Below are positions 38,273 to 52,233 of a stretch of 64,000 nucleotides of DNA, one piece after another. Made by a program: the position numbers and the translations under genes. The DNA lies in assembly GCF_018350175.1 (NCBI RefSeq), contig NC_058368.1, forward strand, positions 108,502,001 to 108,566,000, in the 5' to 3' direction. This DNA comes from Felis catus (Eukaryota). Under the pieces are notes generated by a model that ran no database searches, was not told where the DNA came from, and worked only from the letters and a program-made list of their open reading frames with translations. Positions within the stretch are counted from its first letter, which is position 1; every line of letters starts with the position of its first letter.

Positions 38273-39454
38273 TCAGAGGAAATGTAAAAAATACATGGAG
38301 ACAAATGAAAAAGAAAGCACAATGGTCTAAACAATAAAAGAGGTTCAGCAATACAGGCCTACCTCAAGAAGCAAGAAGAATCTAAAATAAACAATCTAAC
38401 CTTACACCTAATGAAGCTACAAAAAGAGGAACAAAACCAGTAGAAGAAAGGATATAGTAAAGGAAGAAAGAATATAATAGGATATAAAAGGATATAATAA
38501 AAAATATAATATTAGAGAAGAAATAAACAGAAACTAAAAAAACAATAGAACACATCAATGAAACCAGGAGCTGCTTCTTTGAAAAGATCAACAAATTGAT
38601 AAAGCCTGGCCAGACTAATCAAAAATGGAAAATTCCTAGATACACATAACATCCCAAAACTGAATCAGGAAGAAATAGAAAATGTGCACAGACCAATACC
38701 AGCAATGAAGTTTTATTGGTAATCAGAAAACTCCTCACAAACAAAAGTTCAGGACCACATGACTTCACAGGTGAATTTTACTAAACATTTAAAAAAGAGT
38801 TAATACCTATTCTTCTCAAACTAATATATACAAAACATAGAAGAGGAAGAAAAGTTTCCAAATTCATCCTATGAGGCCAGCATTACCCTGATACCCAAAC
38901 CAGATAAAGACACCACTAAAAAAGAGAACTACAGGCCAATATCCCTGATGAACACAGATGCAAAATTTCTCAACAAAACACCGGTAAACCAAATTCAACA
39001 ATACATTAAAAAAAAGTCATCCACCAGAATCAAGGGGGATTTATTTCTGGGTTGCAAAGGTGGTTCAATATTCACAAATCAATGTGATACTTCACATTAG
39101 CAAAAGAAAGCATAAAAACCATATGATCATTTCAATAGATACAAAAAAAAAGTGACAAAGCACACCATTCATTCATGATAAAAACTCTCAACTAAGGATG
39201 TTTAAAAGAAACATAGTAAAAGCCATATATGAAAAATCCACAACTAATGTCATACTCAATCGTGAAAAACTGAGAGCCCTTTCCCTAAGATCAAGAACAA
39301 GACAAGGATGTCTACTCTCAACACTTTTATTCAACATAGTATTGGAAGTCCCACTCACAGCAATGAGACAACAACAACAACAAAAAAAAGGCATCCAAAT
39401 TGGTAAGAAAGAAGTAAAACTTTCAATAATTGCAGGTAAAACTTTTCACTAATT

Positions 39455-39577
39455 ATACTATATATATATATATAATTATATAAATAATATATATATTATA
39501 TAATATATAATATTATATAATATATATATAAATATAAATATATATTATATATATATAAATAATATATATATATATAT
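39455..39577. repeat. AT-only low-complexity expansion inside L1 ORF2
   Basis: Directly visible. Confidence 0.9.
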
Positions 39578-39814
39578 AAAACTCTGAAGACTTCACCAAA
39601 AGACTACCAGAACTCATTAATGAATTCAGTAAAGTTGCAGGACACAAAATCAATACACAGAAATCCATTGCATTTGTATACACTAATAATGAAGCAGCCA
39701 AAAGGGAAAGTAAAAAAACAATCCCATTTACAACTGCACCAAAAATAATAAAATACCAAGTAATAAATTTCACCAAGGAGATGAAAGACCTGTTCTCTGA
39801 AAACTGTAACACAA

Positions 39815-39997
39815 GGGGCACCTGGGTGGCTCAGTCAGTTAAATGTCCAACTTCAGCTCAGGTCATGATCTCACCGTTCATGAGTTCAAGCCTTACATCA
39901 GGCTCTGTGCTGGAGGTTCAGAGCCTGGAGCCTGCTTTGGATCCTGTGTCTCCCTCTCTCTCTGCCCCTCCTCTGCTCCTTCCCCTGCTCATGCGCA

Positions 39998-40044
<47 letters not shown>

Positions 40045-40064
40045 TCTCAAAAATAAATGAACAT
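39815..40064 (+). mobile_element. Felid Can-SINE nested in L1
   Basis: Perfect 17-bp TSD TGAAAACTGTAACACAA at 39798-39814 and 40065-40081. Confidence 0.93.
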
Positions 40065-42109
40065 TGAAAACTGTAACACAATGATTAGAGAAATTGAAGA
40101 CGACACGAACAAATGGAAAGGTATTCCACGGTCATGGATTGGAAGAACAAATACTGTTAAAACAGCCACGCTACCCAAAGCAATCTACAGTTTTAATGCA
40201 CTTTCTACCAAAATAGCAACAGCATTTTCACAGAATTACAACACACAATCCTACAATTTGTATGGAACCACAGAAGACCCTGAATATCCAAAGCAGTCTT
40301 GAAAAAGAAATATAAAACTGGAGGTGTCACAATCCTAGACTTTAACATATATTACAAAGCTGTAGTAATCAAAACAGTATGGTATTGTCATAAAAATAGA
40401 CACAAAGATGAACGGAACAGAACAGAGAGCCCAGAAATAACCCCAAAACGATACAGTAATTTCATCATCAACAAAGGAGAAAGAATATGCAGTGGGAACA
40501 AGACTCTCTCTCCAACAAACTGTGTTGGGAAAAATGGACAGCTACAAACAAAAGAATGAAACTGGACCACTTTCTTCATAATACACAAAAATAAACTCAA
40601 AATGGATTAAAGACCTAAACGTGACACAAGAAACCATAAAAATTCTAGACGAGTGCACAGGCAGTAATCTCTCTGACATTAGCCATAGCAACATTTTTCT
40701 ATTTCAAGGGAAATAAAAGCAAAAATAAATTATTGGGACTACATCGAAATAAAAATATTTTGCACAGCAAAGGAAACAACAAAATTTTTAAAAAGCTTAT
40801 GGAATGGGAGAAGATATTTGCAAATGACTTCTATGATAAAGGGTTAGTATCCAAAATATAAAAAGAACTTATACAACTCAACACCAAAAAACACACAATC
40901 CAATTAAAAATGAGCATGAGACGTGAACAAACATTTCTGCAAAGAAGACATACAGATGGCCAAAAGACACATGAAAAGGTGTTCCACATCACTAATCATC
41001 AGGGAAATGCAAATCAAAAGCATAATGAAGTATCTCTTACACCTGTAAGAATGGCTAAAATTAAAAAAACAAAAAACAAGAAAAGCTGACAAAGATGCAG
41101 AGAATGGAACCCCTTGTGCACTGTTTGTGGGAATGCCAACTGGTGAAACCACTGTGGAAAAACCAGTATGGATGTTCCTCAAAAAATTAAAAATAGAAAT
41201 GCCATATGATCCAGTAACTCCACTACTGGGTATTTACCCAAAAAATACAAAAACACGAATTCAGAAAGATAAATGCACCCCTATGTTTATTGCACCATTA
41301 TTTATAATAGCCAAATTATGGAAGCAGCTCAAGTGTCCATCAATAGATGAATGGCTAGAGACGATGTGAGGGAGATATACACATTAGGAAATATTCAGTC
41401 ATAAAAAAGAATGAAATCTTGCCATTTGCAATAACATTTGCAATAATATAATAAATGGGATTATTATACTCTAGAGAGTATAATGCTAAATGAAATAAGT
41501 CAGAGAAAGACAAATACCATATGATTTCACTCAAACGTGGAATTTAAGAAACAAATGAACAAAGAAAAAAAAGACAAAAAAAATTCTAAACTATAGACAA
41601 TTGATGGTTACCAGATATGAGGTCAGGAATGAGTGAAATAAATGAAGGGGATTAAAAGTACATTTATAATGATGGGCATTAAGTAGTGTATAGAACTACT
41701 GAATAACCGTTTTATACACTTGAAACTAATACAACACTATGTTAACTATACTGGAATTAAAATTAAAAAAAGAAAAAAAGAGTCTCTGGGGATGCAGCCT
41801 CAGAATCTGTATTTTTAACAAGTGCCCCAGGACATTGTCACGCACAGACAATCACTGGATAGGACCATCAATAGAATTTCTTCCTACTCTAAAAATCTGT
41901 TCATTCCCATGACCTAAATTTTAGTTAGCTCTATTTTTCTGTGAACAGAATTGAATTTAAAAAAGAAAGGTACAATTTGCCTGGTGCCTATGTTTGGGGC
42001 CTTACATACATTGTTTAATTTTTCTGTACAATAATCCTTTGAGGTAGGTATTATCATCACCACAGTATGCATAGATTCCAAGCTGGAACTCTGTACAAAC
42101 TTCCAGATA

Positions 42110-42360
42110 AAGAGTGAGTTAAGTTCTAAGGATGTAATGTACAGCATGGTGACTATAGTTAACAGTACAAAAGTTGCCAAGAGAGTAAATTTGAAAAGTT
42201 CTCATCACAAACACACATAAAAATTCTGTGTGACATGATAGATGTGATAACTTACTTTACTGTGACAATCTCTTTTCCATATACACATACATAAAATAAC
42301 TATATTGTATACCTTACACTTACACAATGCTGTATGTCTACTGTATTTCAATAAAGCTGG
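42110..42360 (+). mobile_element. L1 3'UTR fragment
   Basis: taagttctaaggatgtaatgtacagcatggtgactatag ... tttcaataaagctgg. Confidence 0.8.
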
Positions 42361-42659
42361 GGGGGCGGGGGGGGAGTTGGGACTATGATTTCAAAGTCAA
42401 TGTTTTTTCCCCACAATATCGTGCTATGGTAAGAAATTATGAAAGAGCTTATTATAACTGATAAACTCTTGTGCAGTACCTTATCTTCATACAATAGATT
42501 ACTATTTTAGGAACTGTTTCTTCATCCTCTTTCGATCACTGAGTTTCTCCTACTCTGAACCATTAATTACTTGATGTCATGATGATAATATAAAAATAAT
42601 AAGCTTCACCTTAATTACTCCTTGTCTTATTTTTCTTACCTATTTACAATGTATTCTTC

Positions 42660-42866
42660 TTCAGGTGCCTAGGAGGCTCAGATGGTTAAGCATCCCACTC
42701 TTGATTTCAGCTCAGGTCATAATCTCACAGTTAGTGAGATTGAGCCCTGCATCAGGTTCTGTGCTAGCAATGCAGAGCTTGTTTGGGATTCTCTCTGTCC
42801 CTTCTTTCTGCCCCTCCCTCTCTCTTTCTCAATAAATAAAATTTACTAAATAAATAAATAAATAAA
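42660..42866 (+). mobile_element. Can-SINE
   Basis: SINE body, (TAAA)n tail. Confidence 0.87.
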
Positions 42867-44939
42867 ATGCACTCTTCTTACATTTTATACATTTTGGAAG
42901 GCAATTTAAATCCTTTGTGTGTGGCAGGGAATAAATCAAATGCAAATAAAACAAAAAAAAGCAAAAATAGATATAATATTAGTAGACACTGCAAGATTAA
43001 CTCCATGGAGATTGTATCACTTTACTCATTCACTTTTACAGCAAAGTATCATGATTAAACATCTGAGTTTTTGCCAATCTAAAAGGAAAGAACTAAAATC
43101 ACAGTATACTTTTCATTTTTGTTTCCTTTATTAGGAATGAAAATATAAATCCTATTACATGTGTAGTCGTTGTCAAAGTTAAGAGTCTTTTACTTTATGG
43201 CCCTTGTATTTTAAGTCATAGTTAGAAAAGTCTTCTTCATTCCACAAAAATATAGGAACTCACATTTTCTTGTGTAATATTGCAGTTTTACTTTTTTTAC
43301 ATTATTATGTCTAACATACTTGAAGTACAAATCCAAATTTATCTTTACTCTAGTTATGTGACTCAATACCATTTACTGATCTTTACTGATTTAAGATGAT
43401 GTCTTTATCATATACTAAATACCTGTGTGTATGTGGATCTATTTGTGTTTATCTTACTCTGTTAATCTCTTTGCCTATTAGTGTGCCAATTACACACTGT
43501 TTTAATTACTGAAACAAAGTATTTTTGCAAATCTGGTACAGCTAGCTCATCCTTACTGTCCTTTTTTCAGTTTTCCAACCAGTTACTGCTTATTATTTTT
43601 CCATTTGAACTTCAGATTCCTCTGCCTAGTTCCACACAATGCCGTCCACTAAAAACAAACAAACAAAAAAATGATGGTCTTTTTTATTGGGATTGCATTA
43701 TTTTACAAAGCAACTTAGAGAGAATGGACAACTTTAGGACAGTATTACCCAAAAATATATTTTGCCTTTCCCTTTGCTCGAGTAGATTCTATATACTTTT
43801 GGAGACTTTTAAAATTCTGAAACCATAATTGTTTTTTGTTTGTTTTTTTTTAATTTATGCAAGGCACTTTTTTAAGTTGCTATTTTAAATGTTGTCTTAG
43901 CTACCTTCATATCATCTAACTGAAACCTGTAAGTATATATGGAGCTTACTGATTCCTGTATATTACCTTTTTTACAGCTCCAACAACATAAATCCAATGT
44001 TCCAAATTTGGTCTCATAATTAAGACTCAACTATTAGTACTTATACAATGCTTCAACGTGTACAAAACTCATACACTGTAATTTGTGTTCACCTTTCCAA
44101 ACTTACGTGCATTTGCTATACAATTTTATACTTGAATATAATGATTAAAAGCTAAAGCATGTAAATGATCATATAATTTCACTGAGAACTCAAGAAACAG
44201 CATTACATTATCATTAAAACAAAAACAATGTCCAGGATAAGGAGAGTATCACAGGATGAAATCACACAGGACACATTTGGCTACATCAGTGTTCAAAGAA
44301 ACGACATCACAGTGATTTTTATATTTCAGCTATAAAATGAATAAGGTCTGAGGACTGAATGTAAAAAACAAAAAATAAAAATAATTCTTTTACAAAGTGA
44401 GTTACTTTATTAAAATCATTGAATGTATTCATTTTAATCTTTACAGTTCAATAGTCATTTTCATAAAATATAATAAAGCTGAAATACGCCTGTTCTGAAA
44501 AGCTATACATTGATCAATATAATTTTAACATTATAAGACATTTTAGCATGCAAAGTACTTTAATTTCTAACACAAAATCAAAGCATTCATGTAATTTATG
44601 AGTCACAAAATTAAAAAGATAAAATACACAGTTCCCTCATTTTCCCATTAAACCCATTAAATATATTCTAAAGAGGCAGTATTTTCTTTGCATGGAAACA
44701 TAGAAAAAATCTGTTTATCCATCTAAGGTGCTGCCATGCTCTTCATAGAGAATTCCTTGGTTCAACCAAATCCAGATATGAATCAGTATGCCATTGTGAA
44801 AATTTTACCTGCCTTTCCCCCTCCCATCCCAAATAAAAAATACTCAATAAAGTGAATAAAGTGAATCACCTTTACAAAGAAAACTATCTGTCATGTGTTT
44901 TATTTAAACGGACCTCATTAAGTATTTTTACAGTGCTCA

Positions 44940-45097
44940 TTTTTTTTTTTGTTTTGAGAGATTGAGTGTATTTAGGCATGCATGCAAGTGTGAGAGGGAA
45001 AAGGAGAGAGCGAATCCCAAGCAGGCTCCACTCCCAGTGTGAAACCCAATGCAGGGCTTGATCTCACAACCGTGAGGTCATGACCTAACCCAAAACC
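44940..45097 (-). mobile_element. 5'-truncated Can-SINE
   Basis: gaatcccaagcaggctcca...gtgaggtcatgacct; head missing. Confidence 0.82.
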
Positions 45098-46139
45098 AAA
45101 TTGGAAAATGCTGTCTCCCAAAGCTGCTTCCAAATTGGAAAATGTTAATTTCTTTTTGGTAAAGGGAAAAGAGTAAAGCAATTTCGTATGACTCACACTA
45201 TAAAATTTAATTCTCCATTTATAATTTATAGTATTATTTTCTCAATTTTAAGAGAGAACTTTCTCAATAAAATTTCTGGTAAAAACACATGTCCAAATCA
45301 ATATTTGTAATCCTTATCTTTGGTAGACTGTTTTAAACTAAGAAAGAGGAAGGATATGAGAAGTGACTTCAGTATTTATCATATGAAAATAGAATGTTGC
45401 TCTGCAAAGACAAGGTTGAATGATTTACCTTTATTCAGCAAACTGCTAATGTCTAAACTATCTCATCATTATGTATAGACTCAAATATTCTGTAAGAAGT
45501 AAAAACAAATAGATCATTTACTCACACAGTCCTTCTTTGCCTATGTAGAGCCCACATGATTTGAAGTTCCAAAGGTACAGTAATTGTAGATTTTTAAAAA
45601 TCACTTAAAGATTCAAACAGCTTGCAATTTGGAGGAAACAATGAGTATTTTGATGTGATTCACAGTATTCAAAAGGAACATATGAAATCTTCATGGAAGT
45701 ATTTACAGGATTTTGATAATAAACTTCCTAACTATAACTAAAATTGATCAAATCATATCCTGAGTACTTCTTACCACATGTGAGGCAGTAGGCAGTTTAG
45801 GAAACTAAGGTAAATAACAGATGAATGTTTTACTTTGTCTTTCTTTCCCAACTAATAATGAATGTGCATAAAAATATAGCTATAATATAGAAGTCTATGA
45901 ACAAACTATGAATAAAGGATTATGAGAATTTTGATAGAAAAGGAATATACCTAGAAGAATCAGAAAGGAGTCATAAAGTTCTGATAAAATGAACCCTGAA
46001 AGTGGATAAATCTTCATCTAGGGAAATGGCACGGAGGATGAGGACATATGAAGCCAAGAGAGACTGGAGATATTCAAGGCTGTTTGATTTCTAGTCACCA
46101 GTGAGTCTAGAGAAGTTTGAGTTTTAGTTTTTCAGGGTT

Positions 46140-46350
46140 TATTGGTTTTTTTTGGGTTTTTGTTGGGGTTTTTTTGAGAGAGAGAAAGAAAGAGAGTGCA
46201 ATGCAAGCGTGCATGAAAGAGTGTGGAGAGAATCTTAAGAAGGCTCTATGCTCAGTACAGAGCCCAACTCAGGGTTCAGTCTTAGGACCGTGAGATCATG
46301 ACCTGAGCTCAACAGTTGGATGCTTAAGTAACTGAGCCACCCATGCACCC
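46140..46350 (-). mobile_element. Can-SINE (left member of tandem pair)
   Basis: SINE body. Confidence 0.85.
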
Positions 46351-46366
46351 AGAGAACAGGTTTTTT

Positions 46367-46580
46367 AACTTTTTTTAATGTTTATTTATTTTGAGAGAGA
46401 AAGCGTGTACATACATGAGCAGGGGAGGCACAAAGAGAGAGGGAGAGAGAGAATCCCAAGCAGGTTCCGCACTGTCAGCACAGAGCCCAAGGTGGGACTC
46501 AGTCTCATGAACTGTGAGATGATGACCTAAGCTGAAATGAAGAGTCGAATGCTTAAATGACTGATTCACACAGGCACACC
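46367..46580 (-). mobile_element. Can-SINE (right member of tandem pair)
   Basis: SINE body; flanks agaacaggtttt / agaacagtttt. Confidence 0.87.
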
Positions 46581-47479
46581 AAGAACAGTTTTGTGTTTTT
46601 TGCTTGTTTGTTTTTTAAGAGTAGGCTTACAGGAAAATTTCAGAAAAATGAGAAATGAGTGGGTGGTATGAGATTAGAGCCAGCAGACAGATTAATACCG
46701 AGACATAGAGAGAGGGAAAAGACCAAGAGACATGAAGCAAACCAAGAAGAGACATTAAGGAGACCAGGGGACAGAAAGGACAGACAGCCTGACGGTGAGG
46801 CAGAGAGACTGAGACAGCAACAGATGCTAAGAATGAAGAGTCAGAAAAAGAAAGAGACGACACAGACATGAAGGAGAAAGTAAAAGGATAATCATTTTGT
46901 TGGTGTTGTATAAAGGGGCTTTGTGAATGTCTGCAGACAAAGAAAAAAGTTAACCGCGAAAGACATCAGCAAGAGAGAAGACTAACAAGAACCAATTAAG
47001 CATCATTCCAGAAAAAGTGGGCGGGAAGGTTCAAGTAACAGCAGGAGTCAAGACTCACGAGGCTGCATAAGAAAAGAAGTAATAATGCTGACAAAACACA
47101 CAACGAATAAGCATTAATCAAGATAAATAATAAATGAGAGGTCCTATGCTACAATGCAGTGGAACACTATCAAGCAAAGAAAACTCTCAATAAATACTTC
47201 CTTAAAAAATCAAAGTAATATATATCAATCAATTATCAATCTGTCAGCCTCAGTCTAGCTCTGCTGAGCTATCAGCAGTCTAAATACAAAGAAGACATGC
47301 TTATCACATATGCAACCTTAGATTTCAACTGTCTAACCATCCACAATTCTGTCACTATAAGGCTATATCTCATTACTCAACTATTCAAACCAAACTGTTG
47401 GATTTACCAACCACTTCCTTCTCCCTCATCCCCCACATCCAGCCATTCCCCTAACAGCAGCAACTGATTCTTTTCACTA

Positions 47480-49010
47480 TATCTTTTAAACTGAAAGATA
47501 ACTGACATATAACATTATATTAGTTTCTGGTGTACAACATAATGATTTTTTTAGATACTGCAAAATTACCTCCACAATAAACCTAGTTAACATCCATCAA
47601 TATACACAGTCACCAATTTTTTTCGTGTGATGATAACTTTTACTCTTTTAACAACTTTCAAATACACAAGACAATATTTTTAAAGATAATCACCATTCTG
47701 GACATTACATCCCCATGACTTATTTTATAACTGGGAGTTTGTACCTTTTGACCCCTTTCACCCATTTTGCCCACTTCCCACCCTCTCCCTCTGGCAACCA
47801 CTTCCTGTTATCTCTATTTAGGACCTTAATCTTTTTTGGGGGGATTCTACATATAAGCAAAATCATAAAGTATTTATCTTTATCTGACTTATTTTACTTA
47901 GAATAATGCCCTCAAGATCTATCCATACTGTCACAAATGGCAAAAGTATCTTCTATTTTATGGCTGTTAACACATTTTCTTTCATTCATCCAATGATGTA
48001 AACTTTGGTTGCTTTCATGTCTTGGCTATTGTATATAATGCTACAATAAACATAGGGTGCATTTATCTTTTTGAAGTGTTTTCACCGGGTAAATATGCAA
48101 GAGCAGAATTGTTAGATAACATAGTAGTTCTATTTGTAATTTTTTGAGGATCCCCCTACTGTTTTCCATACTGGCTACACCAATTTACATCCCCATAAAC
48201 AGTTCACAAGAGTTCCGTTTTCTCTACACCCTCAACAACACTTGTTATTTTTTAAATTTTTTCAATCTTTATTTATTTTTGAGAGGGAGAGAGAGAGAAA
48301 CAGAGCGTGAGCAGGGGAGGGGCGGACAGAGAAGGAGACACAGAATCGGAAGCAGGCTCCAGGCTCTGAGCGGTCGGCAGCGAGCCTGACACGGGGCTCG
48401 AACTCACAAACTGCAAGTTCATGACCAGAGTTGAAGTCGGACACTTAACCAACTGAACCAACCAGGCGCCCCTCTTGTCTTTTTAAAAATAGCCATTCTG
48501 ACAAGTGTGAGACAATATCTCATTGCGGTTTTGATTTGCATTTCCCTGATGATTAATGATGCTGAGCACCTTTCCCTGTACTACTGGCCACTCGTAAGTC
48601 TTCTTTGGAAAAATTCTATACAGATCTTGTGTCCATTTCTTAATTGCACTGGTTTATTGTTTTTTCTGTTTTGTTTTTGTTTTTTGCTATTGAGTTCCTT
48701 ATATTTTTTGGATTTTAACCCCTTATTGGATATAAGACTTGTAAATATTTTCTCCCATCAGTAGTCACTGCCCATGTTTTCTTTTAGGAGTTTTATGCTT
48801 CCAGGTCTTATGTTTAAGTCTTTAATCCATCTGGAGTCAGTTTTTGTGTACAGTGTTAGATAGTGGTCTAGTTTCATTCTTTTGTATGTGACGGTGCAGT
48901 TTTCCCAACATTTACTGAAGAGACTGTCCTTTTCCCTTGTATATTCTTGGCTCCTTTGTCATAGAGTAACTGATTATATATGCATGGGTTTATATCTGGG
49001 CTCTCTACCA
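47480..49010 (-). mobile_element. Old L1 3' portion, sense to FNIP1, with a nested SINE
   Basis: tagccattctgacaagtgtgag, tttgcatttccctgatgattaatga motifs. Confidence 0.87.
48247..48472 (-). mobile_element. Felid Can-SINE nested in L1
   Basis: cagaatcggaagcaggctccaggctctgagc; ends ccaggcgcccc. Confidence 0.9.
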
Positions 49011-50080
49011 AAATGATTTTTTGAAATGTTAAAAAGATTCTGGTAGTGGCTTCCCTCTCCATTTAGAACTTAATCTAAATTTCTAACCCAGAGACTGATA
49101 AAGCCCTAAATACTCTGGCTCCTGCTGTCTCTCTCCAATTTCATCTCTAGCTACTTTACATACTACTTGCTATCAATCCAGACTGACATTCTTTTAGTTC
49201 CTTCAATTCATGAAGCTTCTAAGTCACTTTGTAGTCTGCATTTGTAAGTCCTTCTACCAGGAATATTCATCCCCTATTCCATGCCTTGGGTTTCTTCAGA
49301 TGTCAGCTGGAATTTCACTTCCTCAATGAGACCTCTTAATACCCCTACATCCAAAATGAGGAAAACTGGTTCCCTTCCTAGGTAATCTCATAAGCATTCT
49401 GTGTGTTTCGTTCACAGCACTTCATCACAATTTGGTATTATTTATTTGTGTACTTATTTGTTCAGTGTCTACTTCCCCTAAAAGGATACCTTATTGTAGG
49501 TACCAAGGAGCAAAGACTGCTAAATCTCCAAGTGCCTAGTACTTATAAATCTTTAGTTACTTGCACATATAAGCAATATTTTAAGAACATTCTGCAATGC
49601 TCTTTTCTAATCAGATTGAAAAAAGTATCCAAAGAATGGCTAAGAAATCTAAACAAAGCACCATCTCCAGAAAACTGAGAAATGTGTTAGTAATTAGAAG
49701 GGACATTGTAAAACACGGCAATGAAATTAACTCAAAAATTAGTCAAGTTTCTATTATATGCCACTGTAGTGGATGCTGAGGATGCAATTGTAAATAAAAT
49801 AGACTATGGCCAATATATCAAATATTTTTAATAACACAAAATCTCAAATATAAACTCCTAAGTCTCAAAAAATGAGTATTTGTTGGCTTTAACAGACAAT
49901 TCTAGGAAAAGCTTTCCCAAAGCATTTTGTTTCCAGTTATTTAGCAAAATGTTAGTAAAAATTATTAATTTAGAGGAAGGGAGAAAACACTGTTCCAGGG
50001 TTTGATTTCCACATTAGAGATGTACAGAATGAGTCTTTAGCAGTAGAAGAAGTAAAGATAATAGCAATCACCTAGGTTTT

Positions 50081-50546
50081 TGTGAAAATTAGTAATGGAT
50101 GGGAAACCTCACTAAAATGGAGTCAGAGGGTTCAGCAGGAGTAGCGCTCATGCCCTAGCACTCATACCTAACTGCAGACTCAACAGGAAGAGACAGACTT
50201 GACCTTACAGGCACTTGACCCTGCATGAGGATGGTACTCCACTACTCCACCCAAGGAATAGACACGTTCCTCATTCTTCTCACCCCAGTGCCACCCACGG
50301 GTAGCTCCACCAATGAGAAGCCACGACACTTCAAACTCCCCAGTTTACCCCAATGGACTTTTTGTTCTGAACCACCTTCCCAACTTACCCTTTTTCTCCT
50401 TAAAAAAGCATGTCTCTCCTTTGTTCCTTAGACTTACCTATGGTTTTGCTTCAGCTTGTTTGTCCCGGATTACAATTTTTTTTATTCCCAAATAAACCCA
50501 CATTTTGCTAGTAAAATAACTAGCATATCTATTTTTAAGGTTAACA
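50081..50546 (+). mobile_element. ERV1-class solo LTR (MER34-like)
   Basis: TG...CA ends, 4-bp TTTT flanks, aaaatggagtc motif, CCAAT, AATAAA near the 3' end. Confidence 0.75.
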
Positions 50547-51043
50547 TTTTCTAGGACAACCAAGTGAATGTCCATGTACTACTCTTAAACTAGTCATAAT
50601 ATATTTCAAAATATGACATCGAAAGTTAACAAAATAGGTGCTCTTTTTACGACGGTAGAGCAGGGGGAAATATCATGCACTAAGGGCTAGATGTAACATG
50701 CTTTGCTCCTTCAGACAAATAAATTCACCTCTCTAGGTCACACTTCTCACAACTGTAAGATGGGAGTTTGGACCAGATCCTCTATAAGGATCTCTGAAGC
50801 TCTAGTCATATCTCACAATACAATTATATAGGAAAATAAATAATCAAATTAAAATGTTCTCTGGTGACAGAATGATAATAAAGTTCTTTCATTTAAAATT
50901 TTTCAAAATCACAGCTCTAAATTTTGAAAATATGATAAAGATGTTTTGTAACGACAAAAGTGTCATAATTGAAATTTCACTCCTTCTTTCTTGAATTATA
51001 ATATGTGACATTAAATTTCAACCAAATCAATAATGATGCTCAC

Positions 51044-51170
51044 CGATACTGATATGTCCTCATTTTTTCTCTTAACACTGGAGTCAAACAAGACATTTCT
51101 CCCTCGTCTTTCACAGTCTTGATACACAATCAGTCGAATTTGGCTTGGATCAAACTCTGGCAAAGGCCAA
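51044..51170 (-). CDS. FNIP1: FNIP1 coding exon 2 (127 nt), (S)[42 protein letters not shown]
   Basis: Manual minus-strand translation matches the FNIP1 N-terminal longin region; acceptor ttctttgaag|, donor TCG|gtgagc; phase 2 to 0. Confidence 0.97.
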
Positions 51171-51709
51171 CTTCAAAGAAAAATAAAGATCCATTAGTTA
51201 CTCTAATAAATACTCCACATAAATTCCTAGAAATAAAATCTATATAATAAAACCCTAAGTTGTGGTATTGCTATAGAATATATAGCAGCTCTTTCTATTA
51301 AATACTATCAGTTAGTTTAGGACTAAAAACTCATACGGCAATGACATTTTAGATTAAAAAGTAAAAACAAAAGTTCTAGGAAATGTATATAAAATATAGT
51401 CATCCCATATGAATCTAAAAATGGTTAACTTAATAAAAATATGTGGCTACACTTAATGTAATGAAAATACAAATTGTTTCATGGCATGGACCCAGGTGGC
51501 TTAATGCTAACCCACATTTTTAAACAGTTTTATTCTGATTCTTTATATATAAATGTAAAAACAGAAACAGTTTTCAGATTAAGTAACAGCAGCTAATTAC
51601 TTATAGAAACAATAACAAGTAAAAAAAAATAAGGAATGACCAAATGCAGTTGAAATTCTCATATAAAGCTCGTGTGAATAAAAACTGGCTCAATTTCCTT
51701 AGAGAGCAG

Positions 51710-51953
51710 TTTTTTATTTTACTTTATTTTACTATTTTATTTTATTTTATTTTATTTTATTTTATTTTATGTTTATTTATTTTGAGAGAGACAGAGAGCA
51801 TGTGCGCAAGTGGAGGTAGGGGCAGAGAGAGAGGAGAGAAAGAGAATACCAAGCAGGCTCCACACTGACAGGGCTCAAACTCACCAATCGTGAGATCATG
51901 ACACAAGCCAAAATCAAGTCAGACACTTAACCAACTGAGCCACTCAGGCACCC
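51710..51953 (-). mobile_element. Can-SINE with (TTTTA)n tail
   Basis: SINE body. Confidence 0.87.
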
Positions 51954-52032
51954 TGGCAAGTAGACTTTTTCTAAATTCCTATATCCAACTCTTTAGTTCC
52001 CATGTTCCTCTGATGAGCCTTTCCAATCAAGC

Positions 52033-52233
52033 TTTTTTGATGTTTTTAAAGTTTATTTATTTATTTTGAGAGAGAGACAGTGTGAGCAGTGGAGGGGCAG
52101 AGAAAGAGGGAAACTCTCAAACAGGCTTCACACTCAGCGCTGAGCCTGATGCAAGGCTTAATCCCAGAACCAGAAAATCATGACCTGAGTCGAAATCAAG
52201 AGTTGGACACTCAACCGAGCCCCCAGGCACCCC
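52033..52233 (-). mobile_element. Can-SINE
   Basis: SINE body ending ccaggcacccc. Confidence 0.85.

Larger units (their letters stand above)
36700..41780 (+). mobile_element. ~5 kb carnivore L1 with 5'UTR, no ORF1, degraded ORF2 and 3'UTR; two nested SINEs
   Basis: 5' start gacttccagggaagatggtggag; GC-rich 5'UTR to ~37835; ORF2 remnants ([36 protein letters not shown]); A-rich tail. Confidence 0.9.

Noticed and set aside
46640..46880. GAGACA-rich purine tract with ORFs on both strands
   Set aside because: Low-complexity degenerate simple repeat
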